Source of the DNA: Candidatus Peregrinibacteria bacterium
GTDB lineage: Bacteria; Patescibacteriota; Gracilibacteria; UBA1369; UBA12463
DNA length: 29,169 nucleotides
Assembly (NCBI GenBank): GCA_016215735.1
Contig: JACRIA010000069.1
Coordinates: 1 to 29,169 of the forward strand
Direction: 5' to 3'
Shown here: one piece after another, positions 17,371 to 24,322 of the stretch
Layout of the letters: the number at the start of each line of letters is the position of its first letter
Position numbering within the stretch: the stretch's first letter is position 1
Notes under the pieces: generated by a model
Databases searched by the model: none
The model's input: the letters and a program-made list of their open reading frames with translations, nothing else
What the model was told of the DNA's origin: nothing
Program-made: the position numbers and the translations under genes

Positions 17371-17435
17371 GTGGTTTCCGCCTGCGGCGGATTTATTTTA
17401 TAACGCCTGTGTCCGCCTGAGGCGGACGGCGTGGT
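17371..17435. repeat. Family A bipartite hairpin element upstream of rpmH
   Basis: TCCGCC-tgc-GGCGGA, AT spacer, ACGCC[tgt]GTCCGCC-tga-GGCGGAC-GGCGT. Confidence 0.85.
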
Positions 17436-17453
17436 CGGGAAAAGCTTATCGTA

Positions 17454-17494
17454 TAAATAAAAAGTTTGCAAATGTATATATATTATATTATACT
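17454..17494 (+). promoter_or_regulatory. Sigma70-type promoter, copy 1 of a duplicated promoter
   Basis: A-tract UP-like sequence, TTGCAA (17466-71), 17 bp, TATACT (17489-94). Confidence 0.65.
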
Positions 17495-17561
17495 CAAACT
17501 CGGCTTTTTTGTTATTAAAAACCATGTTATTCTAAGTATGCTTTATATAACCTAATAAAAT

Positions 17562-18578
17562 ATGAAAAAAATAATTTTGGCAGTTTTACTATTTTTCTTG
17601 TCAATCCAGCCTGTTTTCGCGGATCTTACTATACCGACAACCACTAAAGTATATTTTGAAAAGGACGGGAAACAATACAATAAAAAAATCGAATATACCG
17701 TAAAATGTTATGGCTTCAGTTTCGTACCATGGAAGGAGGAATTTTTTCAGCCCGGAGAATATACGCCAACAAAGATTTATTCTTATTCAGCTACATGTCC
17801 GAATTACGGTTGTGAAATCAACGAAAACTATTATTTAAATTACGTCAAAATCGATTACTGCGATTTGGAAGGAAAAAGCGATGATGGCGCTTTTAAAATA
17901 AAAAACTTTGCTTCCGAGCCTATCACGGATTGTTCTAAAAATGACGAAGAAAGATCTTGCCAGATACGCTTTGATATTCCAACTGATAAAACCAGCCTTA
18001 TTTTTCTCGATATGCATCCGAATCACGAAAATTACGATGCTGTAGAATATGTAAAATCTAAAAAAATTATCTCCGGATACCCGGACAATACATTCAGGCC
18101 CTATTTAGGCGTAAACAGAGCGGAATTTACAAAAATGCTTGTTGAATCGGTATTTGACAAGAATGTTATAGATAATTGCATACAACAAAACGTTCAATCT
18201 GACTGGGGATATGCTTATTTTAAGGACGTAGACCGCAATGCTTGGTATGCTAAATACGTTTGCGTAGCGAAAAATAAAAATATTATTAGCGGATATCCTG
18301 ACGGGACATTTAAACCAGAAAAGCCGATAAATCTAGCCGAGGCGTCAAAAATTTTAGTTGGCGCTTTCGGCTATCCTTATGATTCTTCCCATCAATACGA
18401 CTTGTGGTATTCGCCTTTTATAGGAGTTTTGTCAGATAAAAAGGCAGTTCCAGAGAGCGTTGAAACCGAAAGCCAAAATCTTAGGAGAGGAGAATTTGCA
18501 GAAATTATATATAGATTAAAAGAAAATATTACGAACAAACCGCATTATAATTGTTGTCCGACCGGAATATTAGAATAG
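17562..18578 (+). CDS. Secreted SLH-domain protein with a Cys-rich N-terminal domain
   Basis: Signal peptide ending VFA; SLH motifs IISGYPDNTFRP...NRAEF, FKDVDRNAWY, ISGYPDGTFKPE...AEA. Confidence 0.88.
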   Translation: MKKIILAVLLFFLSIQPVFADLTIPTTTKVYFEKDGKQYNKKIEYTVKCYGFSFVPWKEEFFQPGEYTPTKIYSYSATCPNYGCEINENYYLNYVKIDYCDLEGKSDDGAFKIKNFASEPITDCSKNDEERSCQIRFDIPTDKTSLIFLDMHPNHENYDAVEYVKSKKIISGYPDNTFRPYLGVNRAEFTKMLVESVFDKNVIDNCIQQNVQSDWGYAYFKDVDRNAWYAKYVCVAKNKNIISGYPDGTFKPEKPINLAEASKILVGAFGYPYDSSHQYDLWYSPFIGVLSDKKAVPESVETESQNLRRGEFAEIIYRLKENITNKPHYNCCPTGILE

Positions 18579-18587
18579 AGGTATTTT

Positions 18588-18944
18588 ATGGTTTATCAAA
18601 CACGATTTTTAATTTCTTTATTGATTACTTTATTGCTTGAGGTGCCGATTGTTTTTATTTTTGTTAAATATATTTTCCGAGAAAAAATAAGAACAAAAAA
18701 TATTCTTTTAACCGGATTTTTGGCTTCTATTTTGACCTTGCCGTATGTATGGTTTGTTATATCGCCGTATGTAGATGCGAGATATTATATTATTTACAGT
18801 GAGATTTTTGCGATTATTACAGAAGCTTTGTTATATAATCAATTTATAAATATCAAATTTCATAAATCAATCGCTATTTCTATTATTGCTAATGCGGCGT
18901 CTTATTTTGCGGGAGCATACCTAGTTAAATTTGCTTTTTCATAG
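18588..18944 (+). CDS. Small polytopic membrane protein (about 4 TM)
   Basis: Hydrophobic 118-aa ORF 9 nt after the SLH gene. Confidence 0.8.
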   Translation: MVYQTRFLISLLITLLLEVPIVFIFVKYIFREKIRTKNILLTGFLASILTLPYVWFVISPYVDARYYIIYSEIFAIITEALLYNQFINIKFHKSIAISIIANAASYFAGAYLVKFAFS

Positions 18945-18952
18945 ATTATCCT

Positions 18953-18993
18953 TAAATAAAAAGTTTGCAAACGTATCGCATATATTGTATATT
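18953..18993 (+). promoter_or_regulatory. Sigma70-type promoter, copy 2 of the duplicated promoter
   Basis: taaataaaaagtttgcaaa is identical to 17454-17472. TTGCAA (18965-70), 17 bp, TATATT (18988-93). Confidence 0.6.
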
Positions 18994-19020
18994 ATGCGCG
19001 AATTATCTGACCTTTTTATT

Positions 19021-20961
19021 ATGGCAATAAATGTAAACTATGAATTTTTGTTTGTTGGAAGGGACGAAAACAGTTTCCTGGAAAATTATGTGTATGACGC
19101 GACAGACGATTACGGCGATAAGGGAGGCAAACTTTGGGTAACGCTTGAAATTCAAAACAATCCTGCTGAAGCAGAAACAATCGCGGAGACTGTTTTTGAA
19201 ACAATGCGCAGGCATTTTTTCGCTGACATGAATGCTGATCCGTATGCGAGATTCGAAAACAGCCTTAAAGAAGCGAATAAGAAACTTGAGGCGTTTAAAG
19301 CTGAAAAGTCATCCCATTATATTGGCAATTTGAGCATTCTTGCGGCTGCTGTTGTTGGAACGAATCTGCTTTTGTCGCAATGCGGCGAAGCAGAGGCTTA
19401 TTTAATCAGAAAAAGATATGTGAGCGTAATTACAGAAGGTTTGAGCGATGATAATTATGAATTTTTCACAAATATAGCGACCGGAGTGCTTGAGCTTAAT
19501 GATTTTGTTGTTTTGTCTTCGAGCAGGCTGCTCCGATATATTTCAAAAACAGAACTTGCGAAATGTATTACGCAAGGCAATGTTGTTAAATCTCTTGAAG
19601 AATTAAATTCAATGGTTGCTTCGGAAATTCTGGGAAAGATAGCGATTACCGGAATCAATGCGGCTGAACAGGAAGAAATTATGGAGGAAGAAGTTGTGCG
19701 GCCGTCGTTTATCGCGAGCAAACTTGGATTTCTAAAAAAGGTTCCTTATATTGATAAATTGCCGCTGGATAAGCTTAAAAATATAGATTGGGAGAAATTT
19801 CGGTCAGGCGCGAAAAATGTTATTGAAAAAGCTAGTACTTTGCAGGAGAAATTTATGAAGCCGGAATCTTTGAAAGACAAAGTTTTAATCGGGTTTATCG
19901 CTGTCGCTGTTATTTTACTTTTGTTTGTCGGCGTTACGAAATACCGCCAGAGCAGAAATGAAGAATTAACAGCGCTTGATACAAAATTGAATCAGGCGCG
20001 CGATGAATTAAGCGAAGCTCTAACAAAAGGCGAGTACGATAAAACCGCAGCAGGCAAAATTTTGGCGCACGCGGAACAGACTGCGAAAGAAGTTCTTAAT
20101 ACAACTATGCGTGCGAAAGCGACCGAAGTTCTCACGAGGATTCAGGAAGTGCGCGACACCCTTGATAATACAAAAAGAGTAACGCCGGAAGTTTATCTTG
20201 ATCTGACCAAAACAAAATCAGAAGTAAACGCGCTTGGCATTTTGCATTTAAAAGATAGATCTTATGTGTTTGATAATAATTCGCTTTTTGAATTAATTTT
20301 GAATAATGTCGGCGAGCCAATGGCTATAGCTGACAACGAAACCGTTATTGCAGGCGCTGTTTTTGATGAACGCGAAAGCCTTGTTTTCCTAACCAAATCA
20401 GGCAAAGTGGTTGAGTTTAAAGACGGGAATTTCCGCTACATGTCAACGACTGACGGTGTGTTTCACAAAGGCATTTCAATCAAAACATGGAGCAATAAAA
20501 TTTATATTTTGAATCCAGAAGAAGATCAGATATGGAAATATGCGTACATGAATACAAAAGACATGTTCTCGAACGCGGAAGCGTACAGACAGGACGGTTC
20601 CATGAAAAATACTGTTGATTTCAGCCTTGATGGGAATATTTACACAGCGAACAGCGACGGCAGTCTTGTGCGGTATTACGCTGGCAGGATTCAGGAAACA
20701 CCGATGCTGAAGGCGGCATTTAGGCCTTTAAATTCAGCTTCGAAAGTTTACACTGACGCTGACATGATGCAGGTTTTTGTTTTAGATGGAACTGAAAATA
20801 GATTATATCTTTATCAGAAAGAGCAAAAAGGCGCGGCTTTAAGTTACGGCAGGCAATATCAGTTTGACGGCGTCGGTGAAGTGCGCAGTTTGTATTTTGA
20901 TAAAACAGCGAATCAAATTTATATAGTTGATTCAGAAAAGATATATAAAGTTACGCTTTAG
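19021..20961 (+). CDS. Membrane-anchored protein: degenerate PP2C-like N-domain, TM helix, coiled coil, C-terminal beta-propeller
   Basis: LSILAAAVVGTNLLLSQCGEAEAYLIR and GVLELNDFVVLSSSRL follow PP2C strand patterns without the DG motifs. TM VLIGFIAVAVILLLFVGV. Repeated IY(I/V)L/D blades. Start 19021 is preferred because 18931 overlaps the upstream gene and promoter. Confidence 0.7.
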   Translation: MAINVNYEFLFVGRDENSFLENYVYDATDDYGDKGGKLWVTLEIQNNPAEAETIAETVFETMRRHFFADMNADPYARFENSLKEANKKLEAFKAEKSSHYIGNLSILAAAVVGTNLLLSQCGEAEAYLIRKRYVSVITEGLSDDNYEFFTNIATGVLELNDFVVLSSSRLLRYISKTELAKCITQGNVVKSLEELNSMVASEILGKIAITGINAAEQEEIMEEEVVRPSFIASKLGFLKKVPYIDKLPLDKLKNIDWEKFRSGAKNVIEKASTLQEKFMKPESLKDKVLIGFIAVAVILLLFVGVTKYRQSRNEELTALDTKLNQARDELSEALTKGEYDKTAAGKILAHAEQTAKEVLNTTMRAKATEVLTRIQEVRDTLDNTKRVTPEVYLDLTKTKSEVNALGILHLKDRSYVFDNNSLFELILNNVGEPMAIADNETVIAGAVFDERESLVFLTKSGKVVEFKDGNFRYMSTTDGVFHKGISIKTWSNKIYILNPEEDQIWKYAYMNTKDMFSNAEAYRQDGSMKNTVDFSLDGNIYTANSDGSLVRYYAGRIQETPMLKAAFRPLNSASKVYTDADMMQVFVLDGTENRLYLYQKEQKGAALSYGRQYQFDGVGEVRSLYFDKTANQIYIVDSEKIYKVTL

Positions 20962-21194
20962 AGGGGACGGTTCTCTATTTACAGATCGAAAATTTTATTT
21001 CTGGATAAGATTTAAGGCAAAGGCACCGGATATACAAAATATTGATTTTGTGTTGAAACTACTGATTTTTATTAAAATTTCTTAACAAAAAATTAAAAAT
21101 CTCGGGGACGGTTCTCGGGTTTTTGGCATAAAAAAGCCAAAGTGCCTTAGAGAACCGTCCCGCTTTTAAGCTCGACAGGAGAGAACCGTCCCCT
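20962..21194. repeat. 233-bp inverted-repeat element (family C, GGGGACGGTTCTC) between convergent genes
   Basis: Perfect 15-bp IR aggggacggttctct (20962-76) / agagaaccgtcccct (21180-94); inner pair at 21104-16 / 21150-61. Confidence 0.85.
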
Positions 21195-21678
21195 AAATAG
21201 TGTGGCTTTTCGCGATTTTTTTGCTTTTGAATGTTGTTTGCGGGCCGCGCTCGACTTTGACGTTCGAGTCGCGCAATATATCAAAATGAGGTAGAACTTC
21301 AGGGTAACCTTCTTGATAAACAACGCGGGCGATTCCTGATTCCGCGATCAAACTTGAGCAAATTCTGCAAGGGTGTTTTGTGCAGTAGAGAGTCGCGTTT
21401 TTGAGCGAAACTCCTTTTTTGACAGCTTGCGCGATAATCCATTGTTCTGCGCACATTCCATAGCAGATTTCACGTTTTTCGCCTGATTTGATGTGTCTTC
21501 GGTTTCTGATGCAGCCGATTTTATTGCAGGGATATTGGCAATGCCAGTCGTTTGTATGTTTGAAAAGTACGCGGTTGTTTTTTACAACAACAGCCGCGAT
21601 GTTCGCGCGCAGACAAAGAGCGCCAGGCTCCATTTTATCAATCAGTTCCAAAAATTTTATGTCTTTTTTTGTGATCAT
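21193..21678 (-). CDS. dCMP-deaminase/ComEB-like zinc deaminase with a CAE motif instead of HAE
   Basis: CLRANIAAVVVKNN, GCIR...SGEKREICYGMCAEQWII, ATLYCTKHPCRICSSLIAESGIARVVY. Confidence 0.85.
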   Translation of the reverse strand: MITKKDIKFLELIDKMEPGALCLRANIAAVVVKNNRVLFKHTNDWHCQYPCNKIGCIRNRRHIKSGEKREICYGMCAEQWIIAQAVKKGVSLKNATLYCTKHPCRICSSLIAESGIARVVYQEGYPEVLPHFDILRDSNVKVERGPQTTFKSKKIAKSHTI

Positions 21679-21706
21679 TTTTTATGGGGCGGCTTGAGCG
21701 CATTTA

Positions 21707-21768
21707 TTTATATGTGCCTGTGTCCGTTTTAACTTCGTTGCTGCTTGCGCAGAGCGGCGGACGGTTTG
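21707..21768. repeat. Family A variant with an expanded loop, overlapping the 3' end of the R15P isomerase gene
   Basis: tttatatgtgcctgtgtccg...gcggcggacggt arms enclosing the AACTTCGTT and CTGC-ttgc-GCAG mini-palindromes. Confidence 0.65.
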
Positions 21769-22622
21769 AGCATCCAAGGATAAGCTTTTTGGACTTCGAG
21801 AACAAGAGTTTCTGGCTTGAATATGCCGATTTCTGTAATAACGCCCGTGATTATGTCGGGGGCGACAATTTCAAAAGCCGGATTAAAAATCTTTACTCCT
21901 TTTGGTGGATTTTCCCAGACTTCTTTTGGGTCGCGCTCTTCAATTTTTTCCTCAAAACCGTAAAGAGTTTGCGGATCAAATTTCCAAGAATTTGTACAAG
22001 AATAAGAGGGGATGCGCGCTTCGTTCGCAAATTCAGCCAGAAATTCCGTGCCGATTTTATTTATAATTTTTCCTTCACTTGTAATTGCGTCGCAGCCGAA
22101 TAAAAATATGTCTGCGTGTTTCATCGCGGTTCTGCCGGCGCTGTCAACAAAATGCATAACTTTGATTCCAGCTTTTGCAAGATTTGTTGCTGTGATGCGG
22201 CCTTGGAATTTCGGCCGCGTTTCTGTGTTATATACAGTAAATTTTTTGCCTTGTTTATGCGCTTTTATCAAAATCGCTTCAACTGTTGAAGAATGGCAGT
22301 GCGTAAAAACAATCATGTTATTTGAGATTTTTTTCGCGCCGTATTCTGCGATTAATTCTTGCGATTTTTTAAAATGATTTTTTGCTGCCTCGCATACGCT
22401 CGGCGTGTTCTTATGATTTGCGGCGCAGAAATGTAGCGCATTTCTTAACGCCGGTTCAGTTGGCCGCAGTGAAATTAGCTCATCAAGATATTTTTGGAAC
22501 TTTTTTGGATCGCGCGTTTCGCGGAGTTTTTCGCCAAACGCTTCAACCGCGGCGATCGCGATTTTTTCAGCGCCCTGAATTTCAAGATTTTTTATTTTTC
22601 TTATGATTTCATCGTATTTCAT
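21729..22622 (-). CDS. e2b2: Ribose-1,5-bisphosphate isomerase (eIF-2B alpha/beta/delta family)
   Basis: EIQGA, LRPTEPALRN, FTHCHS (catalytic Cys), ETRPKFQG, GCDAI (catalytic Asp), NKIGT, NPAFE. Start 22622 overlaps the AMP phosphorylase stop. Confidence 0.9.
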   Translation of the reverse strand: MKYDEIIRKIKNLEIQGAEKIAIAAVEAFGEKLRETRDPKKFQKYLDELISLRPTEPALRNALHFCAANHKNTPSVCEAAKNHFKKSQELIAEYGAKKISNNMIVFTHCHSSTVEAILIKAHKQGKKFTVYNTETRPKFQGRITATNLAKAGIKVMHFVDSAGRTAMKHADIFLFGCDAITSEGKIINKIGTEFLAEFANEARIPSYSCTNSWKFDPQTLYGFEEKIEERDPKEVWENPPKGVKIFNPAFEIVAPDIITGVITEIGIFKPETLVLEVQKAYPWMLKPSAALRKQQRS

Positions 22623-24093
22623 AACCAATGTTTGTGAGGTATTCTTTGGCATGAGTAAGCCTTTCTTCGTTTTCTGCGTAAATTGTGTAAAGCGGTTCGT
22701 TTTGCAAAACTTTTTCACCGATTTTTTTGTATAAATAAATTCCAGCTGCCGGATCCTTCGGAGCGCCTGCGATACGTGCGAGGTGGCTGATTTGTTTATT
22801 ATTTATTGATTTTACAATTCCTTCTTTTGGCGCTGTGATATGAAGAAAAAATTGTCCCGGCACAAGTTTTGCGTGTTTGCTGCCCTGCGCTTCTATAATT
22901 TCCTCCATTTTTTGATATGCTTTTCCTGAAACGAGAATATCTGTTGCCATTTTCAATCCTTGTCCTGGTCGAGCTTTGCCTGTCATTTCTAAAACTATTG
23001 CAGCCATTTTCAAGGCCTTATTCCGTAAATCGTAAGGCGCTTCAGGCTCATTTTTCAAAACTTTCATAACGTCGATTGCCTCAAGCACAGGCCCGACGCC
23101 GCGTCCTATTGGTTGGCTTCCGTCGCTCAAAAGAACTTTAACTTTTATTCCAAGAAGCCTTCCGATGCGTTCGAAATCCGCTTTCAAATCATCCGCCTGT
23201 TTTTTTGTTTTTACTTTTACGCCTGGACCCACCGGAATATCAATCAAAACATGATTCGCTCCAACAGCGTATTTTTTTGCCATAATTGAAGCGAGTAACA
23301 TTCCTTTTGGATCAAGGCTTAAAGGATGTCTGACACGAATCATCTTGTCATCAGCAGCTGCGATATCAACGCCGCCGCCCCAAGTTATACACGCGCCGAC
23401 TTTATTTACAATCTGCATAAGATGTTTCGCGTCGTTTTGAACATTCGCGAGAACTTCCATAGTATCAGCTGTGCCGGAAGGGCTTGTGATTGCGCGCGAA
23501 GAAGTTTTTGGAACTTTTATACCCATAGCCGCGACAATCGGAATTGAAATCATTGTGGTTCTGTTTCCCGGAACCCCGCCAATGCAGTGCTTATCCGCTA
23601 TAATTTCGCCTTTTTTAAATTTTAATCTGTTCCCGTGATTTACAATTGCTTTTGTGAGAGCAATTGTTTCTTTGTCATTCAAACCTTTTGTATAAGCGCC
23701 GGAAACAAAATAAGTTGTTTCAATGTCGCTTAAATCATCATTAACTACATCATTTATAATTGAATCTATTTTTTCAGGACTCAATTCTTTTCCTTCGAGC
23801 TTTTCCTTAATATAAAGCGTTGATTTTGGCTTTTCTGCTATTGTTACAATCAACCTGTCGCCGCGTTTGATTTTCAATCTTTCCCAAGTTTCAACGTAAA
23901 GCCCGATTTGATCGTCTTTAATATCTTTGGTTTCTGTGATATCAAGGATGGCTGTGATTTTGCCTTTTCTGTCATTTGTTATGCAAATACGGTCAGCCGC
24001 GAATAAATCCAGCTGGTGCGCTGTTTTTTCATTTAAAACAGCAATGAACTTATTGCCTACCTTGATAGGGATTTTCCTTGGGATAAGTCTCAT
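22609..24093 (-). CDS. deoA: Archaeal-type AMP (NMP) phosphorylase, thymidine phosphorylase family with an N-terminal extension
   Basis: DKHCIGGVPGNRTT, PKTSSRAITSPSGTADTMEVL, ADDKMIRV..PLSLDP, SIMAKK, DGSQPIGRGVGPVLEA. Confidence 0.93.
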   Translation of the reverse strand: MRLIPRKIPIKVGNKFIAVLNEKTAHQLDLFAADRICITNDRKGKITAILDITETKDIKDDQIGLYVETWERLKIKRGDRLIVTIAEKPKSTLYIKEKLEGKELSPEKIDSIINDVVNDDLSDIETTYFVSGAYTKGLNDKETIALTKAIVNHGNRLKFKKGEIIADKHCIGGVPGNRTTMISIPIVAAMGIKVPKTSSRAITSPSGTADTMEVLANVQNDAKHLMQIVNKVGACITWGGGVDIAAADDKMIRVRHPLSLDPKGMLLASIMAKKYAVGANHVLIDIPVGPGVKVKTKKQADDLKADFERIGRLLGIKVKVLLSDGSQPIGRGVGPVLEAIDVMKVLKNEPEAPYDLRNKALKMAAIVLEMTGKARPGQGLKMATDILVSGKAYQKMEEIIEAQGSKHAKLVPGQFFLHITAPKEGIVKSINNKQISHLARIAGAPKDPAAGIYLYKKIGEKVLQNEPLYTIYAENEERLTHAKEYLTNIGYEIR

Positions 24094-24166
24094 GATTTTT
24101 GTTTTTATTTGGCGCGGACAGACATAGCGGATCCGCGCGCGTTGTGTTTGTTTTAGGCTTTAAGAT

Positions 24167-24286
24167 ATTATATCAGATTTTTAAGGTTTTGGGAAGGGGT
24201 TTGGGGGACGGAGGCAGTTTCGGCGCTATTTCACGCTTGTTTCGAATCAGGAATCTTGATTATAAAATAAACTTAAAATGGCGCAA
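24167..24286 (-). promoter_or_regulatory. Two tandem sigma70-type promoters for the AMP phosphorylase operon
   Basis: Minus strand: TTGCGC (24281-86), 16 bp, TATAAT (24259-64); and TTCCCA (24190-95), 17 bp, TATAAT (24167-72) with a TGn extension. Confidence 0.55.
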
Positions 24287-24322
24287 AAAAATCTACGCTT
24301 GCCCTAGGGCGGAAATCTTGAT

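Noticed and set aside
5641-17435. Family A as integron attC sites (TAAC/TAGC...GTTA ends, bulged hairpin, GCTTCGC loops)
   Set aside because: The large hairpin is about 43 nt, below the attC size range. RYYYAAC/GTTRRRY and L-box consensus are not met, orientation is opposite to the adjacent genes, the flanks are housekeeping genes and no integrase is present. An IntegronFinder run would settle it.
18931-19020. N-terminal extension of the 676-aa ORF
   Set aside because: It overlaps the upstream gene and spans the promoter; the ATG at 18994 abuts the -10 box, so 19021 is preferred.
21729-22718. eIF-2B subunit or methylthioribose-1-P isomerase call, and the longer 22718 start
   Set aside because: THCHS/GCDAI catalytic residues and coupling to AMP phosphorylase favour R15P isomerase; the extra N-terminus overlaps deoA.
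24191-24214. G-quadruplex in gggaaggggtttgggggacggagg
   Set aside because: Only three tracts of three or more G; part is explained by the TTCCCA -35 on the minus strand.
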